Positions 9,742-19,829 of a DNA stretch of 64,000 nucleotides are shown one piece after another. The notes beneath the pieces are model-generated. The model searched no databases. It saw nothing but the letters and a program-made list of their open reading frames with translations, and was not told where the DNA came from. Origin of the DNA: a virus; IMG/VR virus record IMGVR_UViG_3300025864_000012, positions 30,143-94,142 of that record. One strand, written 5' to 3'. The stretch's first letter is position 1; each line of letters starts with the position of its first letter. A program made the translations under genes and the position numbers.

Positions 9742-10109
9742 AGCGCGCACTGGTCGGCTGCCGTGGGGAAACCCACGATGGTTACCATCGCGTACTCGGG
9801 TCGCGGCTGGCGGTCGGGATGCTCGCCGCACCAGTCCCCGGAGTAAGTTACAGGCCACCACGAGGATGAGTCCTCTGGCGACGGTATCGGAGCATTCCTC
9901 CGGCATTCGCCCTTGTCGTGCTTCACGTAGAATGTCGCCTGTGCGAGAATCTCCACTGTCTGTACCCACCACGGACACGTCTTGCAGGTTGCGTCGCTCC
10001 TGTTACACGGGTCACGCCACTCCCCTTCGTCGTAAAACGCGCCGCACGAACACATGTTGCTATACCCGTGGTTCCTGAGCGGGTCGCGGCTATGTTTGTG
10101 GTCAGTCAT
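9738..10109 (-). CDS. Cys-rich metal-binding protein
   Basis: CSCG, CKTCPWW...GECRRNAP...WCGEH. Confidence 0.6.
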   Translation of the reverse strand: MTDHKHSRDPLRNHGYSNMCSCGAFYDEGEWRDPCNRSDATCKTCPWWVQTVEILAQATFYVKHDKGECRRNAPIPSPEDSSSWWPVTYSGDWCGEHPDRQPRPEYAMVTIVGFPTAADQCAL

Positions 10110-10138
10110 CGGCCTAGCTCCTCAAAGCAACTCATGCC

Positions 10139-11128
10139 TCACGCCTCCAGCAGAAGCTGCACGGCGCGAGTTTTGATGGCAGCCGGCATGGAGGCCCGCT
10201 CGAAGGCGGCGTTCTCCAGGCTCCGGTTGGGCGTCTTGCGTATTGTGGTGTGGTGGTCGTGGAAGGCGCAGACGGCCTGCAGGGCACCCCAGCGCGTGTT
10301 GCGGATGTTCTCGAGGTTGTCTGTCGTCCTCCAGACATCGGTGAGCTTCTCGCGCCGGTTGTGCGCCATGGTCAGCGCCCGGCCACCCTTGCTCTCGTCC
10401 TCCACCGCGTAGTTCGGCAGCGGGATGAGGCGCTCCAGGAATCGCTCCCAGTAGTGATCGTCAACGCGCATCGTCACGAGCTTGTCTCCGATCTCGGGGA
10501 GCCGCTTGTAGTAGTGAGTGATGAGGTTCACGGACTTGCTGATGTCGGCGATCTTGTCCTGGATACCGGAGGTGTGCCGCACCTTCCAAGCGTAGGTGTA
10601 GTCGGCGACCGGCACGCGCATGCCGTTGACACACACGAACCGCAGAGGCGTCACCTCGACGACAACCGAGAGGCCGCCGTCGTGCCCCTGGCGGAACTGC
10701 ACCAGCGGCCAGATCTCCTCATCCTTGTCGCCGCCGATTTTGATCTCCTTGTCCAGTTCCATCAGGGCATGGACCGACCTGCCGTTGCGCCCAAGGCCAA
10801 GCCCGACCCAGTTCATGTCGCCCGCCTTGATGAGTTGGTTCGCCAGTTCGACGTGCTGCTCGTTCTGCACGGGGGTCCAGCTATTCCCGGTGATGCCGAG
10901 AACTTCCCCTGTATCAGACCGCACGTTGGCCTTGAAGTCCTCTGCCTCGACCGTGCTGCCGTCCGACTGCGGGACAAGAACAGGGCGACGTTCCACCTTC
11001 CAGTTGAGGCCCGCATCCCGCAACGCTTGGTCGATATCGACGCCATCGCCGCCCACCGGAGTGAACGCCGTGCCCCACCGCTTCTGGAGCTCCACGTAGT
11101 TGCGCTTCGTGCTTTCCCTGTTCGCCAT
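10139..11128 (-). CDS. DUF932-family phage/plasmid protein
   Basis: AGLNWKVE, Y/W.PVQN, HDG, TP.R.VC.NG, VRHT, T.WG..QAV motifs; RBS before MANRES. Confidence 0.85.
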   Translation of the reverse strand: MANRESTKRNYVELQKRWGTAFTPVGGDGVDIDQALRDAGLNWKVERRPVLVPQSDGSTVEAEDFKANVRSDTGEVLGITGNSWTPVQNEQHVELANQLIKAGDMNWVGLGLGRNGRSVHALMELDKEIKIGGDKDEEIWPLVQFRQGHDGGLSVVVEVTPLRFVCVNGMRVPVADYTYAWKVRHTSGIQDKIADISKSVNLITHYYKRLPEIGDKLVTMRVDDHYWERFLERLIPLPNYAVEDESKGGRALTMAHNRREKLTDVWRTTDNLENIRNTRWGALQAVCAFHDHHTTIRKTPNRSLENAAFERASMPAAIKTRAVQLLLEA

Positions 11129-11177
11129 TTCTCTCCCCTTGTGCCAAAGTACGTTTCCTAGCAGATTGCGCACGTCA

Positions 11178-11206
11178 ATCTTACGCCCTAATGCCCCAAT
11201 AGTAAA
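11178..11206 (-). promoter_or_regulatory. sigma70-like promoter TTTACT-N17-TAAGAT
   Basis: Exact 17-nt spacer, intergenic; motif recurs at four other sites. Confidence 0.65.
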
Positions 11207-11211
11207 GGTCC

Positions 11212-11691
11212 TCATGTTTGGCGCCTACTCTCCCCAATAGCGTCTATCTCAGACGCCAGGTCCCAGTCCCCGCGCCTCAGTGCGCGCTCAAGCTTGGAAT
11301 GCTCGGAATTGGTCAAAGCGATGAGGTTCTCCGGATCATCGTTCTGGCGGTTACCGTCACGGTGGTGGATGTTGTACCCATGCCCGTTTTCCTCGCGTGG
11401 TATCTGGCCCCAGGCGTTTTCATAGACCTTGGCGCAGTAGCGTTTATTGGCGCGGTAGTTCGGGCCTCTCCTGGCGGTGCGTATTTTCGCGCGCGTCTCC
11501 GGGCTATGCTCGTGTCCAAGGCTGTTCGTATTCCCCATCAGCGCGGCGCTCGTTTTCGCCCGCGCCTCCGAGCTGGGTTTCCTTCCGAGGCTGGCGGCGC
11601 TCATCTTCGCCAGCGTCTCGGGGCTGGGATCCTTTTTAGCGGCGCTTATTTTCGCCTTGGTCTCAGCCGTGTGGTGGCTACCTATTCTCAT
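11212..11691 (-). CDS. NUMOD3-repeat HNH endonuclease (copy 3)
   Basis: Four NUMOD3 repeats plus IHHRDGNRQNDDPENL; ATGA-coupled start MRIGSHH. Confidence 0.85.
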   Translation of the reverse strand: MRIGSHHTAETKAKISAAKKDPSPETLAKMSAASLGRKPSSEARAKTSAALMGNTNSLGHEHSPETRAKIRTARRGPNYRANKRYCAKVYENAWGQIPREENGHGYNIHHRDGNRQNDDPENLIALTNSEHSKLERALRRGDWDLASEIDAIGESRRQT

Positions 11692-12014
11692 GGCTGGCCA
11701 GACGCGGTGTGGACCCTTACCCCCGGTGGGGAATAGCGCCGCAGAAGCTCCACAATGTTCTGCCACCCTACCGGGTTCCTACTGTGGACATAGATGTCTT
11801 TCGGCCAATTCGGCATTGGCGGCGGACCGTCCGGAAGAATACCGACCATCCACTTCGCAATGTCGTACCCACTCTGTCCTTCTCCAAGGTCGTGATCGAG
11901 AGACAGGACATCGACGTCACCTCCATACAACCAAAGAGTGGCCTCGAAGAAACACGTGGCTAGCACCCACGTGTCGTCAGGTTTCGGGCGCATGTCATCG
12001 ACCCACAGCTTCAC
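11688..12014 (-). CDS. cyclic-phosphate-processing receiver-domain protein (cREC-like)
   Basis: KLWVDDMR...LSLDHDLG...GYD...VHSRNPVG signature; GTGA-coupled start. Confidence 0.8.
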   Translation of the reverse strand: MKLWVDDMRPKPDDTWVLATCFFEATLWLYGGDVDVLSLDHDLGEGQSGYDIAKWMVGILPDGPPPMPNWPKDIYVHSRNPVGWQNIVELLRRYSPPGVRVHTASGQP

Positions 12015-12451
12015 CCTGCCTCCAATACTCTCACTATTTCCCTCGCCGCTTCCCCGGATTGTATCACGGACGATGGGTAGCGCAGGACTTTCCATCCAAG
12101 AATTGCGGCCCGATTGTACTTCGCGCAGTCTTCAGAGAATCCCGAAGGCGTCAAATGACGACTCTTGCGCACCTTGCCGTCCCCTCCCCGCTGCCCATGC
12201 CCCTCAGTGCCGCCCTCGCACTCTACGGCCAACATGCGGTCTGGCCACGAGAAGTCAAATCTCCACTGACGGTCCGGCGTGGCGAATCTGTGCTCACGGA
12301 TGGGCATGGGGCACCCCCACCCCGCTAAGTCGCCGGCAAGTTTGTTCTCCAGCTTCTCACGCTTCGCCTTCGCTACGGCTCGCTTGACTTGTTCCGGGGT
12401 CAGGGGCGCTTGCTTACAAGAGCGCAAGCGACCTGTCATCTTACCCGCCAA
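12011..12451 (-). CDS. PD-(D/E)XK (Vsr/DUF559-like) endonuclease
   Basis: REHRF...WRFDF.WP...AVE.EGG...H...D..KYN.A..LGW. Confidence 0.75.
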   Translation of the reverse strand: MAGKMTGRLRSCKQAPLTPEQVKRAVAKAKREKLENKLAGDLAGWGCPMPIREHRFATPDRQWRFDFSWPDRMLAVECEGGTEGHGQRGGDGKVRKSRHLTPSGFSEDCAKYNRAAILGWKVLRYPSSVIQSGEAAREIVRVLEAG

Positions 12452-12814
12452 TCACTTCTTCTTCAGAAGCTTGACGCACCTGGGGCCGATCCGAACCTTA
12501 GCCCCGGGAGTGACCGCCATCTTCTTGTCGGGCTCGAAGGTCACTGTCGTGCCACAGGCATACTCGCCCGTAGCACGCTCGACCCAAACGCCCGTCTTGA
12601 GATCGCGCTCCCGCTCAGAGCCCTCCTTGACCAGCGGCGCGAAACATAGGTGACAACGTGATGCAACCAACTTGTGCTCCATTCCGGGGACCAAATACCC
12701 CCTGAAGTCGACTTCCGGGTATGAACCAACGCCAACGCTCATGTTCACCTCACGCAGAGATACGACCATGTTATCAATACCACCGAACAACAGGCCGTTT
12801 GTGTCAAGGATCAA
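12452..12814 (-). CDS. hypothetical protein
   Basis: Coupled ORF with CHLC and CG motifs. Confidence 0.55.
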   Translation of the reverse strand: MILDTNGLLFGGIDNMVVSLREVNMSVGVGSYPEVDFRGYLVPGMEHKLVASRCHLCFAPLVKEGSERERDLKTGVWVERATGEYACGTTVTFEPDKKMAVTPGAKVRIGPRCVKLLKKK

Positions 12815-13497
12815 GTCTGATCCTGGTCTTTGTCGACAACAGCCCCGACGTCGGTCAAGTTGGTGACGTTCTGATCCGTCCAGTCCGCACCAGTCTGGCG
12901 AGCCGCGACCGTCGACACAGAGACAGCCCCATAGGACTGGCCATACGTAGTGCCTTGCGTGTTGAAGGCTATAGTGCCAAGCTGACTGCCCTGCTGCATG
13001 GCCTCCTCAGCGGCGGCCAGGAAGATGAACTCCCAGCCTTCTAGTTTGCGCTCGGCGATAAGCGACTTGGTGCGAGCGAGATCCCACTCGCGGGAAGAGT
13101 TCTCGAAGCCGTCCGTGACGATGGCGACCACCGTCTTGCCCTTGTAGCTCTGCTTCTTCTGCCGCTCTGAGACGGTCGTGACCGTCTTACCGATCGCGTC
13201 ATAGAGGGCCGTCATGCCACGGGGGACAAGGGTGTAGCTGGGCACCGTCTTGACATCAATGCCATCGTGGATGAGGTCGTACTCGCTGTCGAACTGCGCC
13301 AGTGTGATGGTGCCCGAGGCCTCAACCTTGCGCTGCTCTTTGAGAAAGGTGTTGAGGCCACCCTCGGCATCATCCCTGCAGGAGCCCATCGACCCAGAGC
13401 GGTCTACAATCACCACAATCTCGATTGGCTCGACTGTCTCCTTCTTGGACTTCGCCTTCTTTTTCATCTTCCCCTCCGGATTGCTTTTGATCATCAT
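12811..13497 (-). CDS. VWA-domain protein
   Basis: MIDAS DRSGSM, TALYDAIG, IVTDGFENSS. Confidence 0.85.
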   Translation of the reverse strand: MMIKSNPEGKMKKKAKSKKETVEPIEIVVIVDRSGSMGSCRDDAEGGLNTFLKEQRKVEASGTITLAQFDSEYDLIHDGIDVKTVPSYTLVPRGMTALYDAIGKTVTTVSERQKKQSYKGKTVVAIVTDGFENSSREWDLARTKSLIAERKLEGWEFIFLAAAEEAMQQGSQLGTIAFNTQGTTYGQSYGAVSVSTVAARQTGADWTDQNVTNLTDVGAVVDKDQDQT

Positions 13498-13633
13498 TTC
13501 CCCTCTTCCCTCCCTTTCCAGATTCTTGACCATATAAGGCCAAGAACCCCCGTCAACGGGTAACCGCTCGCGCCGCCGCCCATAGGACCGACAATAGCCA
13601 GCATGGGACGTGACGCAGCCCTTGGGCCCATCG

Positions 13634-13720
13634 TCACCTATCCGCCCACCATATCAGTACTTCGACGAACGTCATCAGGAGCACAGCTACCCCCAGAATG
13701 ACTGGTATAATGAAGTACAC
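13634..13720 (-). CDS. tiny membrane peptide (MYFIIPVILGVAVLL...)
   Basis: GTG after GGAG, single hydrophobic helix. Confidence 0.4.
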   Translation of the reverse strand: MYFIIPVILGVAVLLMTFVEVLIWWADR

Positions 13721-13725
13721 GTCTC

Positions 13726-15435
13726 CTACCTTTCGTCTGTCAGCTCGATCACTTGCATCTGATCGCCTTTGAACAACACTGGAATGATGCGGCCCGAAGG
13801 GCCGTCGGCGTTCTTGGCTATGATGAATGAACCCTCCTTCATTGGATGGGTGGCAATGGTTCGCCCAGTATCGTCCTTCTTGGTCTCCCACTTGCGGTGC
13901 ATCAACACAAGGTTGGTAGCCCGCTCCTCAACAGCGCCCGAGCCCCGCGTGTCAGAGGCAGAGGGAATGAGATGCTCCTTACCCGGTATGGGCCGCCGCA
14001 GTTGTGAGACGAGAATGAGCGGCACGTTGAGGTCGATGACGATATCTTGCACTTCGTTGACGATGCGCGTGATGGCAGCGTACTCGTTCTCGGTCTCATA
14101 CGCCAACCGCTGTAGGTAATCGATGATGATACAGTCCGGCTCCACGATCTCCGCTTCACGGCAGATCTCCTTGACGTTGCGGCTCTCGAAGTCGTACCAG
14201 ACGTCCCAGTGTGACTGCCGCTCCACGTACTTTCCGATAGCCTGCTGGTCAGACGCTTCCACATCGCCCCTACGGAGTCTCGCCATGTCGCCACCCTCAC
14301 GTACAACGTGCCGCCGCCCCAGCCGTTCGGCCGTCAGCTCCCGGGTCACGAAAAGAACACGGTAGCCCTTGTCACCGAGATGTGCCTGCAATTGCTGGGC
14401 GAACAGGGTCTTTCCTACGGATGGGCGAGCCGCAATAATGGTGAATGAACCAGACTCAATCGGGCCAAGGTCATGCGCCAGCTGCCCCCACTCTCTCGGC
14501 CACGGCAAGCCCTTGACCTCACCACGCGCCCGGCGATCGATGTCAGCAAGAACACGCTGCGTCAGTTCGGCCGAGGAAAGACTGTGAGGCTTGGGCTTAT
14601 CAGCATCTAGCAACACCTGCACTTCGTCCGTCAACGCCTTGCAGATAACCTCGGCGGAGGAATTCTTGAACCCTGCGTCAATGACGTCTGAGATATCGCT
14701 CTTCTCGGGCATCCCCCGCAGCTCCAGAATGTAGCACTTGATGTCCGCCGCCTTCAGCGCCTCCTGCGCCTTCTCCATGTGTTTGCGCCCAGGGAGGTCG
14801 TTGTCGGGGATGCAGACAACAACCGCGCCCTTGAGCGCCTCCGTGTACTGCGGCAACCACTTCGCCGCCGCACCGCCAGGGGTGGAGGTAGCGAGGCAGC
14901 CGATCTTATCGAGGGAGTGGACGTCCTTCTCGCCCTCCACCAGGAAGACGAGTTTGCCCGCATTAGCGGCCGGCAGCACCTTGTCCAGCCAGTACAACAC
15001 CCGCTCCGTCTTGCCCAAGCTCCAGTGTTCCGTTACCGGGTTCCAGACGGGGAAGTTCTTATCCTCGGTGCGGCAGACGACGTAGAGCGGCTTGCCCTTG
15101 GCGTCCACATAGGCGTACCGCTCTGTGACAAGGTGACGCTGCCGCTTGTCGCCGTCCACCCAGTAGTCAGGCGTTGGCGCAAGGGGCTTGACCTTCGTCG
15201 GGAGGGGCTCTTCCTTCGACGGGAAGAGATCGTTCACGGTGAGTCCTAGAGCAGCCACAACGTCACTGGTCTCGCAGTTGGCAAGACACTTCAGCAACGC
15301 CCGGTCCCCCTCACCGATTGATACCATCAACGATTGATGCTTGTCGTCGTGAGCAGGGCAACGGGCGATCCACTGATGGTCGCCACCGTTGCGCACGCCC
15401 TCGAGCTTCTCGAGAATCAGGTCTATTGGCTGCAA
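13726..15435 (-). CDS. DNA primase-helicase (Zn finger, TOPRIM, DnaB-like)
   Basis: CPAHDD...C...C, VEGEKD, PDND, Walker A AARPSVGKT, IIDYLQ, SQL.R, RGSG.VE. Confidence 0.92.
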   Translation of the reverse strand: MQPIDLILEKLEGVRNGGDHQWIARCPAHDDKHQSLMVSIGEGDRALLKCLANCETSDVVAALGLTVNDLFPSKEEPLPTKVKPLAPTPDYWVDGDKRQRHLVTERYAYVDAKGKPLYVVCRTEDKNFPVWNPVTEHWSLGKTERVLYWLDKVLPAANAGKLVFLVEGEKDVHSLDKIGCLATSTPGGAAAKWLPQYTEALKGAVVVCIPDNDLPGRKHMEKAQEALKAADIKCYILELRGMPEKSDISDVIDAGFKNSSAEVICKALTDEVQVLLDADKPKPHSLSSAELTQRVLADIDRRARGEVKGLPWPREWGQLAHDLGPIESGSFTIIAARPSVGKTLFAQQLQAHLGDKGYRVLFVTRELTAERLGRRHVVREGGDMARLRRGDVEASDQQAIGKYVERQSHWDVWYDFESRNVKEICREAEIVEPDCIIIDYLQRLAYETENEYAAITRIVNEVQDIVIDLNVPLILVSQLRRPIPGKEHLIPSASDTRGSGAVEERATNLVLMHRKWETKKDDTGRTIATHPMKEGSFIIAKNADGPSGRIIPVLFKGDQMQVIELTDER

Positions 15436-16406
15436 GGATGCCTCCCGGCGATAACGTCAGCACGACTCAAGCGGCCTTCTTCAACAGCGTCCCTCAGACC
15501 CTTGTCCTCTTCTTCGGTCATCCCGCGACACCATTGCGCATGCCAGCCGCCTTCATCAAACCATGCCAGGCAGTAACGTTGCCAGGGCTTCAAGTCCGAC
15601 TCCGCCTTGAGGTCAAGCGCAGACTTGATTGGGGCACTGCCGCGCTTGTACCAATTGCTACCAGCAGGCGGCGGGCCATCGGCCCACTCTTCGTAATAGG
15701 ACTTCTGGCCGCCGATGAAGTTCTCAGCGCGGACCGTGAAGTTCAACACCCCTCCAGAGTCAGCGGTTATGTAGTGTTTTTCTGCCGTTAGGATTCTTTG
15801 CCTCTCCTTGGCTGACGCCGCTAAGAAGCGCTGCCTGGCAAGCTTCTTGGCACCGCTAGTGGGCCACTGGGGCCAAAAGACCTCTTCGAAAACTGCCGCT
15901 GCGGAATGCTTACTAGCGCTAACGTGCACCTTTTCTACATCTGTGCTGGACTCCGGTCCAGCCAAAGCACTTAAAGAAGGTGAAAGAGAAAGAGAAAGAG
16001 AAGCGGCGTTTCGCGGCGTTTCGCGGCGTTTAGCGGCGTTTCGCGGCGTTTCGCGCTGCTCTTGAAAATGAGCGCTATTATCGACGCGCTTAGCCTCCTG
16101 GATGTATGATTGATGGCGGTAGAAGGATTGGCTGTCGAAGTAGACTATCTCTCCATCCCAAGCAATTAGCCCAAGATTATCCATGCCACGAAGTGCATCT
16201 ACAACATCGCCCTCTGTGCGGTGCCTCATGCCTGGGCAGACCATCATGAGCAATTCTTCTGGATCACCCGTCAGAAATGCTGCATCATCTGCGTGGGGAA
16301 TCATCCACGTGTAGAGAAGTGCTGCAAAATCCCCATATTCTCGAGCGAGTTGGTTGATGATCTTGTCCGTCGATATAGTTGTGGAAATGTAACGGCGGCG
16401 ACTCAT
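15423..16406 (-). CDS. replication initiator-like protein
   Basis: Upstream of primase-helicase; R.I....W/LLY.WMIP.ADD N-terminal domain; internal iteron-like repeats. Confidence 0.7.
   Translation of the reverse strand: MSRRRYISTTISTDKIINQLAREYGDFAALLYTWMIPHADDAAFLTGDPEELLMMVCPGMRHRTEGDVVDALRGMDNLGLIAWDGEIVYFDSQSFYRHQSYIQEAKRVDNSAHFQEQRETPRNAAKRRETPRNAASLSLSLSPSLSALAGPESSTDVEKVHVSASKHSAAAVFEEVFWPQWPTSGAKKLARQRFLAASAKERQRILTAEKHYITADSGGVLNFTVRAENFIGGQKSYYEEWADGPPPAGSNWYKRGSAPIKSALDLKAESDLKPWQRYCLAWFDEGGWHAQWCRGMTEEEDKGLRDAVEEGRLSRADVIAGRHPCSQ
15982..16055. repeat. iteron-like repeats (putative replication origin)
   Basis: (GAAAGA)x3 followed by five 10-bp NNGCGGCGTT units at 16001-16050 inside the initiator gene. 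Confidence 0.7.
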
Positions 16407-16533
16407 GAGAGCCGCCTTATCTGCAACAGGCTGGTACAGCAACAAAGCCCCTTAGCCAAAAGTCCACCTACAGCGCAATTCAACGTAGCCCCACACTGAC
16501 CGAACCCGGCGCAGCAACCGCGCCGTTGCGCCA

Positions 16534-16911
16534 TTACGCCTCCTGTTTAGGTGCGGGCGGGTACAACCCTGAGGTGTCTTCCGGCGGCTCGGGGGGGTAC
16601 GGCTCGCAACCATACTTGGCAAGAGCTCCCTCGATGATCTCCATCTTCAATTCGCTCAGATCGCCGCGTTCCTGGCCCCACTTCTTGAGGTACGCACGCT
16701 GGCCTGCTTCCTTCGGGATGCTCTCGTCGAGGATACGGTTGTCACGTCCGATGACGTAGGCGGTCTCGAACGCCATGCAGGGATCATGCTCAGCCAGTGT
16801 CTCCCAGAACTCCACCTCATTGATGCCCAAATCACGGCATGTCTCATGAGGTGGGTAGTCAAGTGCCATCAGGTGGATCACCGCTCCGAGCTGTTGGGGG
16901 GTAAGTGTCAT
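16534..16911 (-). CDS. hypothetical protein
   Basis: AGGAG RBS, ORF after rtcB. Confidence 0.6.
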   Translation of the reverse strand: MTLTPQQLGAVIHLMALDYPPHETCRDLGINEVEFWETLAEHDPCMAFETAYVIGRDNRILDESIPKEAGQRAYLKKWGQERGDLSELKMEIIEGALAKYGCEPYPPEPPEDTSGLYPPAPKQEA

Positions 16912-16924
16912 GCGTTCTCCTTCT

Positions 16925-18076
16925 CTACGCCTTGATTACAGCTAGCGGCCGCAGCCGCTTCTCTATCGCAACGAGGTCCGACTGGTTAGCCATGACCTCA
17001 TCAATGTCCTTGTAGGCCTGCCGGCATTCCTCCGCCACATCCCCTCGCTTCGTCTTGAACAACGAGATGTCAGCAGCCTTCATCTCCGCCACCACCTGCT
17101 CGGCCGGGATGGTGCGCTGCGCCGCCTTTCGTCCCATAGTACGCCCCGCGCCATGGGAGCATGACATGAACGACTCGCGATTGCCTAGCCCCACGCCGAT
17201 GTAGCTGGCGCTGCCCATACTGCCGGGGATGATGACCGTCTCGCCCTCACGCGCCCTGACGGCTCCCTTTCTGTGCACCATCACGTTCTTGCCGAAGTGG
17301 TTTTCCATGACGGCATAATTGTGGTGGATGTCGATCTCGTCGCCCCAGCCGATGCCCTCTCTGTGCAGGATACTCTGGATGGCGTGCATCATGTGCTCGC
17401 GGTTGAGGTAGGCGAAGTGCAGGCATGCGCTCATCTCGGCGAGATAGGTTTGCCCCTCGTCCGATTCAAGCGGCAGGAACGCCAACTCGTGCTCTTTCGG
17501 TACCGACGAATGCCAGCGATCATTCATCGCAATGGCGAGCGCGTTGTAGTGCTTGGCCACCTGAAAGCCGACGTTTCGGCTGCCGGAATGGAGCATGAAC
17601 CACGCCATGCCGTCTTCGTCGGCCTGCGCCTCGATGAAGTGGTTGCCGCCGCCGAGAGTGCCGATCTGGGTAAGGGACTTCTGGTATTCGCGGTCCAGGA
17701 CCGGAGTATCGTTCGAGGGGTCGAACCAGTCCGGCTGCTTCTCTTTGTGGTGATTGAACCCGGTCGGAATCACTCGCTGGATATCGTGCATGATGGCTTC
17801 GCGCTTCGCCATGAACTCGTCGCGGGTACATTCAAGCGGCCAGGCACGCATTCCGCAGCCAATGTCAAAGCCCACGGCGTGAGGGATGACGACGCCTTGC
17901 GTGGCTAGCACACCCCCGATGGGCATGCCGTAGCCCTGGTGGCAATCGGGCATGATGGCAACGTGCCGGAACGCGAACGGCAAGATGGCAAGGTTGGCGG
18001 CCTGCGCTAACGCGCCGTCCTCTGCGGTGTCTGTCCAGATCTTGAGCGGTACACGCCCCTCACTGATGACCTTCAT
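16925..18076 (-). CDS. rtcB: RNA 2',3'-cyclic phosphate/5'-OH ligase RtcB
   Basis: MPDCHQG, DIGCGM, GTLGGGNHFIE, HSGSR, HHNY, HRKGA, PGSMG, SHGAGR, YKDID. Confidence 0.96.
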   Translation of the reverse strand: MKVISEGRVPLKIWTDTAEDGALAQAANLAILPFAFRHVAIMPDCHQGYGMPIGGVLATQGVVIPHAVGFDIGCGMRAWPLECTRDEFMAKREAIMHDIQRVIPTGFNHHKEKQPDWFDPSNDTPVLDREYQKSLTQIGTLGGGNHFIEAQADEDGMAWFMLHSGSRNVGFQVAKHYNALAIAMNDRWHSSVPKEHELAFLPLESDEGQTYLAEMSACLHFAYLNREHMMHAIQSILHREGIGWGDEIDIHHNYAVMENHFGKNVMVHRKGAVRAREGETVIIPGSMGSASYIGVGLGNRESFMSCSHGAGRTMGRKAAQRTIPAEQVVAEMKAADISLFKTKRGDVAEECRQAYKDIDEVMANQSDLVAIEKRLRPLAVIKA

Positions 18077-19829
18077 GTATCCCTATCCTCTATCTCTTCC
18101 GTTGGGGGAGCCAAACGAGCATGGTGTTCGCTGATGCCCCACTCGTACATGGAGTAGCCATAACTGCTGGCGATTTCACGCGCCATCTCGATGAACTCCG
18201 CGCTACCGCTCACGCTGAACCCTTGCCCCGCCGCGCACTTCTCCGCAATACTCTCGCACCAGGAGGGGTCGAACAGCCAGGGGTGGTCTTTCTTCATAGC
18301 GATGTTGTACTCCTCCTCGACATCACAGAGAATCTCGAGCACGTCCTCACGCGTAAAGACTTCTATGGGACTGTGGTGTTCCGCAGTGGCCTTGCAGCTG
18401 CATGCGGTATGCATACGTAGCGGCTTGCGGCAACTCAGTGCGGCCAGCCGATCGCTGATCGTATCAAAAACGTTCATTCCTCTACCCCCAGTAGCGTTTG
18501 ACGCGGTTGCCAAGCGCGCTCATGGCGCCACCTCATCCGGCGTCGGCATCATGTAGCCCTCAGCGTGGCAGCGGGTGACGGCGAAAGCGCCCGGTTCGTC
18601 GCGCTTGGCGATGCGCCAGCAGTCCCGCTCCGGGGCGTCGACGAAGTAGACCCACTGGACCTCCGCGGCGGTGATGGTGTAGGCTTCCGGGTAGCACATC
18701 ATGCGGGTAACCCTAGTCGCGTTGAAGGCGAACCACTCCTTGTCCAAGTGTCCGAGGCCGAAGTACACCTCGCCGTCCTCATCGCACATGAACTCGTTGT
18801 CGGCGTTCCAATCGTAACCGTTGTGTTCGTTGCCGTGGCGGTCGGTCCACGGGTGTCTCTGAAAGCCGACGATCCTCACGATACCACCTCTGAGGACATG
18901 CCGGAACAACCGAAGAACTGGTTGTGCTTTTCTTGCGCCTCGACGGGGAATGTGTAGGAGTGCACGACACAGACGACGTCGCGGCCGCACTTCTCACAGA
19001 CGATGGGGAACGTGAACTCCCAGAGGTCTTGCTCACGGAGCTTGCCCACCTGGAGCTGGTCGATATCCTCGACAAAGTCCCCGTCGTCCTCGCACTCGTC
19101 CGGCTCGGCGACGTGCTGCCGTGCTGCCTCTTCTGGCAACCACTTCCGATAGCAGGGGCCGCACAGGTAGCCGTCGTCCGTGGACCAGAGATGCACCTTC
19201 TCTTGCCGCTCGCGAATCTCGCGGTCGATGCGTTCCATGATGTCGCTCACAGCTCCTCCTCGTGGTAGTGGGCCTGCGGGTGCCAGCGCGGCTGCACGAA
19301 TATCTCAAACGTCATGTAAGCTTTGCGTGGATACTGGCTGTTCATCGGCTCGGTCTCGGGCTTGGGCATGTTCAGGCCGTTCTCCATGAACCAGAGCTGG
19401 CCATTATGGAAGCCCAGCATGATAGCCCTGCCATAGGCATCCGCATGCCAACCGTCCGGACGGTACTTGCCGCTCGAAGCCTTGCAGCGGCAATAGCGCC
19501 TGCGGCCTGGGTGAATGGCCAGCATGTCTTTGCACTCGGGACAATAGATGAGTTTCATGGCCGCCTTACATATCATCTTCGTTAGCGGCACGCACTATGA
19601 ACGCTATGATGCGGTCAAACCGTTCTTGAGACTCGCGGATAATGACCGCGAGGGTCTCGAGTTGGCGCGACAACTCCTTTACCTGCCCCGCGAGCTTAGC
19701 CATGGCCACGGCGTAGTTATCTTCCGGCGGCGGCTCTATTGACTCCGCGCTATCTGCGAAAATGCAGGTTCCCCGCTCTGGACACTCGTCGCACTCCATG
19801 TCGTAGCACCTTGCGTATGGTTTCTTCAT
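18073..19829 (-). CDS. run of five small hypothetical genes (18073-18477, 18520-18879, 18876-19250, 19247-19558, 19566-19829)
   Basis: Coupled ORFs, several with CxxC motifs. Confidence 0.55.
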
